From Pelagomonas calceolata (Eukaryota), in assembly GCA_918797485.1 (NCBI GenBank), contig CAKKNE010000001.1, forward strand, positions 5,890,001 to 5,954,000: DNA of 64,000 bases. The letters run 5' to 3'. This document shows positions 30,801 through 39,804 of the stretch, in pieces. Position 1 is the stretch's first letter. Every line of letters begins with the position of its first letter. The notes under the pieces were generated by a model. That model was not told the origin of the DNA, made no database searches, and was given only the letters and a program-made list of their open reading frames with translations. The translations under genes and the position numbers were made by a program.

Positions 30801-32547
30801 ACGAAAGCCGGCGGAGTGGGCGCAGTGCTCGTCGTGCGAACGGTGGAGGTTACTACCGGAGGGAGCTTCGGCGGCCAGCGACGCCGCTTGGACCTGTGCT
30901 GACGTCGGCGTCTCCTGCGAGAAGGTGCAGTGTTCGGCGGAAGACCCGGAGTGCGAATGTCACGCGCCCGGCGTTGATAGAGCTGTCGTGTCTGTGTCGC
31001 CGGAAGGTCGCATTGTTGAAACCTACTGTTCACCTTCTGGGGCCGCGGCTGCGCTTGGCATGGCTCGGAGCCGCGCCGCCGAGTGCTTAAATACGAGACA
31101 GGTCTCCAAGGTCAATAATGTGCTGCGCTATGCGAAAGACTGGGCCGAAGAAGTCCGAAGCCGTAAAGCGGAGGCGCGGCCGCGCGTTACGTGCACCTTG
31201 TGCCGCAAAGTGCGCGTCGTACCGCCGGGTATTACGATCGAGGACGAGGAGGACTGGAAATGTGACGATGCGCCCGAAAACTGGTTCGCCGCCTCAAACA
31301 CTTTAATGAGGCGCCAGCGCCTATCGTGCGAGACGCGCGAGTGCTCCACTGGCCAGCCGTTCTGCTCGTGTCAGGCAAATATGGGCCGCGGCGTCGATCA
31401 GACGCGTGATGATGGCGTCATCGTGCGACACTGTAGCGTCGCCGCGTGTGCGAGGGCATTGTACCCTGACGCGCCCGACGCCGAGCTCTGGAAGTCAAAT
31501 GTCGTCTCGTGTATCGAGAAGGGCAAACCGTACGCCTACGATAAGGACAACGACGAAAAGGGAAGGGCGTTCAAGGGCTCGACGTTCTCGTGGGCGAGGA
31601 GTGACTGTGCGTATTGCCTAAGCGGCGCGAATCCGGAGACGATATTATTGTGCGACGGCTGGAATTGCGCCAATGAGGCCCATTTCCATTGTGCAGGGTT
31701 AGATGCGATCCCGAGTGGCAAATGGTTCTGCTGCGAGGCGTGTGAGGCGAACCCGGCCCCGGAAGTTAGGTCGCGGAGCGCGCCGACGGGCGATAGGCGG
31801 GGTCGGTGCGGCGCCTGCGACGGCTGCCTCGCAGACGAATGTGGAACGTGCAAGTGGTGCCTCGACCAGACGAAGCGCGGTGGCGCGAACACGCTCCGAA
31901 GGCCGTGCATCTTTCGTCGCTGCGAGCAAGTATACGATGACTCGAAGGCCAGGTTCCGCGCGGCGCGGGGCTCTACCGCGGCGACCGCGCCCGCCGAGGA
32001 GCCCGACGAGCCTGGGCCGGGTACGCGCGTCTGGGCGCTGTTCGACGACGACAGCTTGCCTCAGAGTTGGTGGGGCGGGACGATTATCTCCATTAGTGGC
32101 GTCGCCGAGGAAATGAGGTATGAGGTCGTGTTCGATGATGGCGAGCGGCAGGGCGTCTACGCTGCGCATGTTTTTCACTCGCCGCCGGACGACCCGTTGC
32201 CCGTCTCCGGCCCGAATGCCAAAGCGAAAGCTGTGCTGGAGAAGGCGCTGCCGAAGAAGAAAACACCGGCGCCACGGAAACGGCCAGCCCCGAAGCGGCC
32301 GGCGGCGGACTCCCAGCCGCCATCTCAGCCGCCGCGGCCGCAGATGCCGACCGGGAATTGTCCGGTCTGCTACGAGCCGTTCCGGTCCGGTGAAGTGAAA
32401 TCATTCAATTGCGGGCACCATTTATGTACTACTTGCGGCGAAGCGCTTGCCCGGCACAAGGCCGAGCAGGGCGTGAACACGACGCGACAGGGCGTCCAGG
32501 TCTCGTGCCCACTGTGTCGGAAGCGGGCACGCGTTGGACTGGCGTAG
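27811..32547 (+). CDS. Multidomain chromatin reader / RING protein (SAM, Tudor, NUMOD1-like x4, AP2-like, CW x3, PHD, CXXC, Tudor, RING); 2 exons, 1558 aa
   Basis: An intron at 30360-30419 fuses the two long ORFs. Tudor: VGDQVEARWKGGERYYPA. CW: WAQCAACDKWR. PHD: CAYC...LLCDG.NC..EAHFHC...WFC. CXXC: RCGACDGCLADECGTCKWCLD...CIFRRC. RING: CPVC...CGHHLCTTC...CPLCR. Confidence 0.85.
30360..30419 (+). other. 60-nt GT-AG intron
   Basis: Reads gtgaaa...aactgac...ccgcgcag. Splicing gives CGDIGLSCSTVCSKVACSLEDADCACH, which parallels the internal repeat CADVGVSCEKVQCSAEDPECECH. Confidence 0.8.
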
Positions 32548-32580
32548 TAATGATATGTTGGTTGTTATTCATCACCCCTA

Positions 32581-35529
32581 CTAGCGCGAGCGGCGCTCCT
32601 GTGCCTGACGCTTCCGCGCGTCGGCCGCCGCCTTCTGCTTGGCAGCGTTCTTCGCGCGCGCCTCGGCCGCCGCCTTCGCCAACGCGTCGGGCACGCCACC
32701 CGTGGTCGCCGGCGGCGGCTTGGCGGCGGGCGCCGGCGACGGCGACGGCGCGCTAGGCTTCGGCGCCGAGCCGCCGCCGAAGAGTCCCCCGAAGGGCGAC
32801 GCGTCCTTCTTCGCGGGAGCCGGCGCGGGAGCCGGCGCGGGCTTCGGCTTGCTACCGCCGAACAGCGAGAATCCACCCGCCGGCTTCGGCGCAGGTGCCG
32901 GAGCTTGGGCAGGCTTCGGCGAAGGCTTGCTGCCGCCGAAGAGATTGAATCCGCCACTGCTCGCCGGCTTCGGTGCCGGCGGCGGCGTTGCCGGTTTCGG
33001 CGCCGGCTTGCTCCCAAATAGATTGAAGCCGCCACCCGACGGCTTGGGGGCGGGAGGCGGCGGCGTCGGCCGCGGCGCCGGGCGCGGCCCTCCGAACGAG
33101 AACGCCGGCTTCGGCGCCGGTCGGGGAGTCGGCTTGGCAGCAGGCCGCGGTCCTCCGAAGCTAAATGGTGTCGCGGGCTTAGGAGCCGGCCGCGGCGTCG
33201 GGCGCGGCGCGGGTCTCGGCCCCCCGAAGCTAAACGCAGGCGCCGCGGGCTTGGAGACCGGCCGCGGCGCCGGCCGCGGCCCAAACGAGAAGGCCGGCTT
33301 GGGCGCCGGTCTGGGCGCGGGCGTGGCGATCTTCGGCGGCCCTCCGCCGAATGAGAAAGGAGCTGGCGCGGGCTTCGGCGCCGGCTGCGGCGTCGGCCGG
33401 GGGAAGCTAAACGCCGGCTTGGGCGCGGGCCTCGGCGCCGGCGCCGGGCGCGGGAACGAGAACGCCGGCTTCGGAGCCGGCTTCGCCACGGGCTGAGCCG
33501 CGGGCTTCGGCAGCTCAATCTTCGGCGGCGTGAAATCCTTGAAAGAGTCGGGCAGCTCCGGCAGCTCGAAAGCAGGCTCAGGCTTGATCTCCTCCGGCGG
33601 CGGCCGCGGAATTGCGGCAATTAGGCGAGCTCCTGGCGTGTCGGGCGCCTCGTCGAATACCTCGGTTTCCACAGTAGCTACAGCTATGGCGCCCTTCGGC
33701 TCTTGGACGGGCTCTGGGGGCGGTTTCTCTAGTGCCTCGGCTACCAACGCCTTCTTCTCCTCGGCAGCTTTACGCGCCGCTGCCGAGGCCGCTTCTGACT
33801 GGGCCTTGACCTTCGCCGCAGCCGCTTCGGCGGCGGCTAGGCGCGCCTCGGCCCGCTTGAGGTCCTCGGCCGGGTCGCTCACAGGCGCGGGCTTTTGCGG
33901 AGCTTCACGTTTCGGCGCCTTTACCGTGGTCGCATTTATTTTGGGAAGAGCCCCGGACTGCAGCACCTTCGCCGGGTCCTCCAGAATCGCGGAGAGCGTC
34001 TCGTTCGCCTCGTTGAGGGTTGTCTGCAATTTGGCGTCCGCTTCGTCTGCGGTCTTTTGCAGCTCGGCAGCCGCCTTGTCTAGTTCGTACGTAGCTTCCG
34101 CGACGGCCTTCTCAGCTTCCGCCGCGAGTGCCTTCGGCCCCGCCGCTAGCGTTTCGTACGACGCCTGGGTTGCAGCGAGAGCCTTGTCCAATTCAGCTTT
34201 AGCGTTTGCCACGCCTTTGTCCGCGTCGGCCAGGGCGACCCCTAACGCCGCCTGCGTCGCGTCTAAGGAGAGCACCGTATTGTCGAGAAATTCCGCGGTC
34301 GGTTGGAGTACTGTCTTGTCGAGCTGTTCGTAGGTCTCGACCGCGGCGTCAATGGCGCGGTCCAAAGGCAGCGCAGCCTTCTGGAGCTCCGCGAGATAAT
34401 TCGCCTTCTCGCCCTCGCGGATAACCCACCCCACAGAGCATCTGAAAGCTTTCTCATCCGCATCCACGTAAACTGAGGCCCCTTCCAGGCGCCCAGACGG
34501 CAATAAGACGTCGCACAGTACCCTTCTGGCGTCGTCAGCGGCAATCCTATAGTTACAGAAGGATGCGCCATCAAATGAACCGCCCCAGGGTTGTTGTTTC
34601 GCCGCGTTTTTGAGCGGCATCGCGGCGAAGCCCTCACCCAATACGACGCAGTCGTCGGCAAATAAAGCAGCCGCTACACCATCAGGTAGGGGTGCGCCCT
34701 CCGGCCTCAGAAGGAGCTCTCGCAGAGCCGCGTCCGCGACTCCCACCGCGTCGGCGGCGTCGATCAGAGGCTCTGTTGCAGGGGCGCCGCGCGGCGTCGC
34801 GGGTGTTCGACGCGTGACTAATTCGGACAGAGCCAGTCCCACGTTCAGCCCGCCAAGCTTGCCGCCCATGGCGACCCAGCACGCATCGGCTAGCGTCTCC
34901 ACGCCGCGCGAGCGGTCATCTCTGTCGAGTGGCGCGCCAAGAGTCGCGGCGTAACACTTCCCACTGGCGTCGAAGGCGCACCGGCCGCAGGTCGGCAGCG
35001 TCTTCCAGGGGCCGCTACCCTTTAGGGCGTCTTTATCTTCCAGGCCCTTATAGGGCGCGGACTGGACGCCACTGACGGCGAGCGTAAAGAGCACGGCCTC
35101 GTCATCACCGGGGTCTATCCTAAAATCGGACGCGGCGACTCTCAGAGTATCGCCGCATGCCTCCCTTAGCCGAGCTAGGTCGTCGCTTTTAAGGTACCGG
35201 TCTTTCGTCAACAAAGAGCTGCCCAACTCGAAGGCGAAGTCGTCCTGCAACAGGTCCGGGTTGGCGCGGCCGAAATCATCGACGACGAACGCCTTCGCGA
35301 GCTGGATGCGCCGGTCGACCGGCGCGGGCGCGCTTTCCGGCGCGGCCGGCGCAGCTGCTACGCGAGTTCGCGAGGCACGACTCCTCCGTGCTTGAGAAAC
35401 CTGCGCCGGGCCGGCCGCCGGGCTGCGGGCAAGCTGGCTTAGAGATGGTGCAACAAAGCCTGAGGTCAGCGGCGCGGCGATGGCGAGTGCCAGCAGCCAC
35501 CTCCCGCTGGGGCGGCTGCGAGTACGCAT
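32581..35529 (-). CDS. Putative plastid-targeted protein: two SnoaL-like domains, coiled coil, Pro-rich FSFG-repeat tail
   Basis: Hydrophobic signal WLLALAIAAPLTSG followed by FVAP (bipartite presequence). Two related globular repeats (LLQDDFAF...DFRIDP; LFADDCVV...NYRIAA). About 10 PAPKPAFSF(GG)-type repeats. Confidence 0.75.
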   Translation of the reverse strand: MRTRSRPSGRWLLALAIAAPLTSGFVAPSLSQLARSPAAGPAQVSQARRSRASRTRVAAAPAAPESAPAPVDRRIQLAKAFVVDDFGRANPDLLQDDFAFELGSSLLTKDRYLKSDDLARLREACGDTLRVAASDFRIDPGDDEAVLFTLAVSGVQSAPYKGLEDKDALKGSGPWKTLPTCGRCAFDASGKCYAATLGAPLDRDDRSRGVETLADACWVAMGGKLGGLNVGLALSELVTRRTPATPRGAPATEPLIDAADAVGVADAALRELLLRPEGAPLPDGVAAALFADDCVVLGEGFAAMPLKNAAKQQPWGGSFDGASFCNYRIAADDARRVLCDVLLPSGRLEGASVYVDADEKAFRCSVGWVIREGEKANYLAELQKAALPLDRAIDAAVETYEQLDKTVLQPTAEFLDNTVLSLDATQAALGVALADADKGVANAKAELDKALAATQASYETLAAGPKALAAEAEKAVAEATYELDKAAAELQKTADEADAKLQTTLNEANETLSAILEDPAKVLQSGALPKINATTVKAPKREAPQKPAPVSDPAEDLKRAEARLAAAEAAAAKVKAQSEAASAAARKAAEEKKALVAEALEKPPPEPVQEPKGAIAVATVETEVFDEAPDTPGARLIAAIPRPPPEEIKPEPAFELPELPDSFKDFTPPKIELPKPAAQPVAKPAPKPAFSFPRPAPAPRPAPKPAFSFPRPTPQPAPKPAPAPFSFGGGPPKIATPAPRPAPKPAFSFGPRPAPRPVSKPAAPAFSFGGPRPAPRPTPRPAPKPATPFSFGGPRPAAKPTPRPAPKPAFSFGGPRPAPRPTPPPPAPKPSGGGFNLFGSKPAPKPATPPPAPKPASSGGFNLFGGSKPSPKPAQAPAPAPKPAGGFSLFGGSKPKPAPAPAPAPAKKDASPFGGLFGGGSAPKPSAPSPSPAPAAKPPPATTGGVPDALAKAAAEARAKNAAKQKAAADARKRQAQERRSR

Positions 35530-35615
35530 CTTTTCAAGGATCAACGCACTGCCGGCAGCGGTATGTGTAGAAATCAAGATGATTTGCTTTTCGCGACAGA
35601 TTAAACTTGGTGAAG

Positions 35616-35641
35616 GCTAGCGTGTGTGTCAACACACTAGC
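35616..35641 (-). promoter_or_regulatory. CTAG-box upstream motif (variant)
   Basis: Minus strand gctagtgtgttgacacacacgctagc upstream of ATG 35529. Confidence 0.5.
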
Positions 35642-35684
35642 CTCGACAAAAGCTAGATAACTATACTTTAGGCCGCACACACCA

Positions 35685-36833
35685 TCACCCGCAGAACAGC
35701 ACCTCGGGAGCCAGCTCCGGCCTCGATTCGCGGAGGTAGTGCGCCACGTCGTCGCGCGTGACGACGTCGGGCGCGTCGGGGATGTTGGGCCTCGCTTTTT
35801 CCGCTCTTTCATCCTCCTTCTTGACCTTCTTCATGGACAGCTCCAATCTATCACCAACCTCCGTGAGGCCGCCGTACTCCTGGCGCCGCGCCGATTCCAA
35901 TTCCCGGCCCCGTTGTCTTTTTGCCGTCGCCCAGACCGACCGAGGGGGAGGCGCATTCGATGATTCCGGCTTCCCGTTGAGCACATCAAAGTCGACCATC
36001 GCGTCGAGCAATAACCCGTCCTTCTCCGCAACGCGTTTTGACGCGGCGACGTGTGCCTTGACATCTATGTCAGAAGGGCGGATCTGGAGCGGGTACTCGG
36101 GCCCTTGCCTTGAAATACGTCTCGCTTCGTCGTTGCGGCGCCTTCTACTATGAACGATAGTGGCTTCGACGGCGTCCTTGACGAACAGCTCCGCGGCCCG
36201 CGACAGCAACTCGCAGGCCGAATCCGAAGGATCCACCGTGATGCCTCGTTTCGCCGCCGCCTTCTCGAGCTTCGCGCGACACGTCGCCGCGTCCAGCACG
36301 TTGCACTCGGCCCAGCGCTTGAAATCAGAAGGCGGGCTCTTCTTCGGCTTCCGCGGCTTCTCGAGCTGGTCCTCGTTGAACAAGTCGCCGTCCTCGAGCA
36401 CATCAGTCCCCACATCCACCGACGGCGCCCGCGTACTTCTAAAAATATCGGCCTCGAGCGTGGCTCTTCTAGCCATCCGTCTTTGGTCGGCATCGTGCTG
36501 GTTGAACGTTGGTTGCTGCGGCTGTTGTTGTTGAGGGACTCGATGCCCGGAAGCGGCAACGGCCTCCTGGCGCTGCCTATCGATGCACTGCTGCCAGAGG
36601 TCCGTGCCGACGACCTGGGGGGCCTGCTCCATCAAGGCTACGGACAACGACGGTATTTCGCGCGCGTCGCGCTTGGCCTTCAGGCTCTTGACGAACTCGC
36701 GGAACGCGTGCCTCAACTCCGCCGAGAGCATGGGCACGATGTCCGAGAGCATCCTCTGCAGGTTCGGCTGCCAGCCCGCCGGGAGTTGCGGGCGCTGGGG
36801 CTGAGCCGCGGCGACGCTGTCGAAGTCGGCCAT
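35685..36833 (-). CDS. TAF4: TAF4-like TFIID subunit (RST-like domain + histone fold)
   Basis: RST-like helical region ending QVVGTDLW. Histone-fold-like KLEKAAAKRGI...ELLSRAAELFVKDAVE..IVHSRRR. C-terminal VTRDDVAHYL. Confidence 0.6.
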   Translation of the reverse strand: MADFDSVAAAQPQRPQLPAGWQPNLQRMLSDIVPMLSAELRHAFREFVKSLKAKRDAREIPSLSVALMEQAPQVVGTDLWQQCIDRQRQEAVAASGHRVPQQQQPQQPTFNQHDADQRRMARRATLEADIFRSTRAPSVDVGTDVLEDGDLFNEDQLEKPRKPKKSPPSDFKRWAECNVLDAATCRAKLEKAAAKRGITVDPSDSACELLSRAAELFVKDAVEATIVHSRRRRNDEARRISRQGPEYPLQIRPSDIDVKAHVAASKRVAEKDGLLLDAMVDFDVLNGKPESSNAPPPRSVWATAKRQRGRELESARRQEYGGLTEVGDRLELSMKKVKKEDERAEKARPNIPDAPDVVTRDDVAHYLRESRPELAPEVLFCG

Positions 36834-36996
36834 GGTTTTACCCTGGTGCTCTCTCTTGCTACTGGAGAGCGCAGCGGGCGCGGCGGCGGGCGCAGGGCCT
36901 TTGCGTGCTAGAGGAGGTGCTAGGCGCTGCCTGGAACGCGCGCGCGGGCACGAATAGCGCCGTACGGCCAGCGAAACCACTCACTCCGCTTGTTTA

Positions 36997-37019
36997 CTAG
37001 TGTCTTACATACCGCTAGC
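36997..37019 (+). promoter_or_regulatory. CTAG-box upstream motif
   Basis: ctagtgtcttacataccgctagc, 22/23 identical to 599-621. Confidence 0.6.
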
Positions 37020-37252
37020 TCGGCTGGCCCTTGTCGCGTTTTGCCCTACACGGGCCCACAGGCGAGTTACGAAACCAGCATCACGCAGCCAAGACATTGG
37101 GCAATCGGTGCTAACAACCAACACGTGCAAGAAAGCCATACAGAGCCTGGCCTTCAGAGAGAGCAGTGTTACGTGGTGCTGTCTTAAGGTCGCGTAGCGA
37201 CTTTGCGCGTGTGCGCGTTACTTCAGGAGTCAGAAACAAGCGCGCTACGCTA

Positions 37253-39781
37253 ATGGATGCGCAAACCCTCGCCGCAAAGGCCGCGCAAGCACTCACGGAC
37301 GCAACGGCCGGCCTCAGCAATCAGGAGACGGAACGCCTCGCCGGCGCGACCAGTCTCACGCTCGCGCTCGAAGACGCCGGCAGCTGGACGCTGCGCTGGG
37401 ACCAAGCGACGAGCCGACCCCAACTCATTAACGGCGAGGAGGACGGCGCGATCAAGGTGACGACGACGACCACGACGCTCGTCGCGTTAGCCTCCAAGAA
37501 GCTCTCGCCCTTCACGGCGCTGGTCCACGGCAAGCTGAAACTCGGCGACGGCGCGCAGCAGCACGCGCGCGATACTGTAAGGGACGCGGCGGCGCGCTGG
37601 ATGCCGGTCCTCATGCGCGTCGGCGCGACGCTGCGCGACCTCGTGGACGCGCCGCCGACGTTATTAGCCGGCGGGCTCAAGGCGCGCGTCACGGCCGCCC
37701 GCATCCGCCCCGACGGCGTCACGGTCTACGATATTGCGGTGTCGGCCGGCGCCGAGGCCTGGACCGTCACGAAGCGCTACTCGGAGCTGCGCGCCGCCGC
37801 CGGTGTTTCGTCTGGACCGCTCGCGTGTGCGATGGACGACGGCTTCCCCGCGCGGTCGGTCGGCGGCACGGCCCGCAAGCAGGCGCTCGACGCCTGGCTC
37901 CGCGCCGCGGCGAAGGCGTGCACGACGGAGCGCGCCGCGCGGATGCTGTACCCCGTGCTCGGGGCGACGCCGGCCCGCGTCGACGCCGCGGCCGCCGACC
38001 TCGCCGCGGGAGCCGAACTGCGGGCCACGATCCCCTTCGCGGCGGCCGGCTTCGCGGCGCGCTTGCGCCAGGGCGCCCAGCTGCGGGCCGCGCTCAAGCG
38101 GGCGAAGCCGACCAAGCCGCGCTACGGGCTCGGCGACGCGTGCGCCGCGGTGCTCTACGCGCTGCCGCTCTACCTCCTGAGCGCGTGGCCGCGCCTCGCG
38201 CTGTGCTACGCGTTTTTAGTGGGGTTCGCGGCGCGGCCGATGGTCGCCGCGTTGGCGCTGGCGTTGGCGCTCGCGGACGATTATGAATTTATGATGGACG
38301 TGGCCGCCGCCGCTCTTGCCTCTGATTATCGCTGGATGCGGCCGCCGCCGCTCTCTCCGTTGGTTATTGCGGCGGTCAACGGCGGCATCCTGCGGGCGTG
38401 GTCGGGCTGGATGCGCGCGGTCACGGTCTACTGCGTCGCCGGCGCGGCCATCGTCTACTACCTGGTCGCGAAGCTCGTCAACAAGTACGTGCTGCGGCTG
38501 GAGGGGAGTGACGCGGACGCGTTCTGGGAGCGAAGGCACACCGTGGCCGCGCCGTTCGTCGTGAGTCGCCTCGCGGCCCTGGGCAGCCTCTACGTGAAAC
38601 TCGGCCAGTACATTTCGGCTAGAGCAGACCTCGCGCCGCCGGCCTGGAAGGGCTTCCTCGAGGCGCTCCAGGACGACCTCGACGCCGACGCGCCGCGCGT
38701 CGTCCGGCGGACCGTCGAGCGGGCCTTTGGGAAGAAGGTCGAGGAGGTGTTTGCGTCCTTTGAGTGGGCGCCCGTCGCGTCGGCGTCGATCGCCCAGGTC
38801 CACCGCGCGGAGCTCAAGGACGGTTCCGCCGTGGCAGTCAAGGTGCGGCACGCTCATATCGTGGGCGTCTTCTGCGGCGACCTATCAAGGGCGATCAAGA
38901 TCTTCGACTTCTGCGCGCGCTTCAACGAGGTCTTCAAGGTGCAGGCGGACATTTGCCGCGCGTGGGAGCGCGAGGCCCACAAGGAGTTGGACCTGACCTA
39001 CGAAGTCGCGGCGACCACGGAGGTCGGGCGCTTCCTTGCGTCGAAGCGGGCGTCCTCGCGAACGGTGTCCCTCGTACCCGAGCTCAGCGCACCCTCAGCC
39101 TTTGTTATGGGCTGGGAACAGCTCCACTGCAAGGTTGATGATAAAGACGCTTTAGCGGTCCACGGCGTCGACGCCACGGCACTCGCCCGGCACTTCGCGC
39201 ATGTGATGTGCGCTCAGATCTTCGAGCTGGGCTTCTTCAACGCCGATCCTCACCCGGGCAATGTAGCTCTACGCTTCGATGAAAGTACGGGTACGGCGCG
39301 GTTGCTCTTACTTGACTGGGGCTGGACGCACCGCCTCACGACTGCAGAATTAAGGGGCTGGCGTGATTTGGCCCTGGCGCTGTACGATTCCGACGTCGAG
39401 CGCGCCTCGAAGGCTCTGGCGGCTCTCGGCTACAAGACGAACCAGGACGGACGAGACGCGGCGCGGAACGTGCACTTCATGGCCTTTATTTTGAGAGACG
39501 CGTCGGACCAGGAGACGGCGCGCCGCGAAACCAAAGAGCGCATGACCGCGATCCGCGACCGCATGAAGGCCGACAAGGCGGCGGGCGTGCGCGAGAAGGG
39601 CGGCCGGAAGATCCAGGGCCTCCCCGATTCCTTCATGTTCGTGATTAGGTGCATCGGCATGATCCGGGGGACCTGTGCTCATTTGGGCGTCAGTCTGCCT
39701 TTGGTAGACATCATGGCGACGTACGCGCGGCGCGGCGACGCGCGCGACCGCCGTCGTATGAGACGCCGCGCGACGCAGTAG
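37253..39781 (+). CDS. ABC1/UbiB atypical kinase with N-terminal SCP2-like and PX-like domains and TM helices
   Basis: Kinase: YVKLGQ, LQD, ASASIAQVHRA, VAVKV, ELDL..E, FNADPHPGN, LLDWG. SCP2-like: LSPFTALVHGKLKLG. PX-like: TVYDI...WTVTKRYSEL...LDAWL. Confidence 0.88.
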   Translation: MDAQTLAAKAAQALTDATAGLSNQETERLAGATSLTLALEDAGSWTLRWDQATSRPQLINGEEDGAIKVTTTTTTLVALASKKLSPFTALVHGKLKLGDGAQQHARDTVRDAAARWMPVLMRVGATLRDLVDAPPTLLAGGLKARVTAARIRPDGVTVYDIAVSAGAEAWTVTKRYSELRAAAGVSSGPLACAMDDGFPARSVGGTARKQALDAWLRAAAKACTTERAARMLYPVLGATPARVDAAAADLAAGAELRATIPFAAAGFAARLRQGAQLRAALKRAKPTKPRYGLGDACAAVLYALPLYLLSAWPRLALCYAFLVGFAARPMVAALALALALADDYEFMMDVAAAALASDYRWMRPPPLSPLVIAAVNGGILRAWSGWMRAVTVYCVAGAAIVYYLVAKLVNKYVLRLEGSDADAFWERRHTVAAPFVVSRLAALGSLYVKLGQYISARADLAPPAWKGFLEALQDDLDADAPRVVRRTVERAFGKKVEEVFASFEWAPVASASIAQVHRAELKDGSAVAVKVRHAHIVGVFCGDLSRAIKIFDFCARFNEVFKVQADICRAWEREAHKELDLTYEVAATTEVGRFLASKRASSRTVSLVPELSAPSAFVMGWEQLHCKVDDKDALAVHGVDATALARHFAHVMCAQIFELGFFNADPHPGNVALRFDESTGTARLLLLDWGWTHRLTTAELRGWRDLALALYDSDVERASKALAALGYKTNQDGRDAARNVHFMAFILRDASDQETARRETKERMTAIRDRMKADKAAGVREKGGRKIQGLPDSFMFVIRCIGMIRGTCAHLGVSLPLVDIMATYARRGDARDRRRMRRRATQ

Positions 39782-39804
39782 TGTGAATAATATGTTACCC
39801 AAAT

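Noticed and set aside
20890..32547. Endogenous giant-virus or Polinton insertion
   Set aside because: No capsid, packaging ATPase, polymerase or retroviral-type integrase motifs were recognised. Codon style and introns are host-like.
19743..32555. 8-bp inverted pair tatcatta / taatgata as TIRs of a 12.8-kb element
   Set aside because: Too short, AT-rich, both directly follow stop codons, and there is no extension or TSD.
32581..33500. FG repeats as a nucleoporin
   Set aside because: The protein has a signal plus transit-like presequence and Pro/Lys spacers, which do not fit a nucleoporin.
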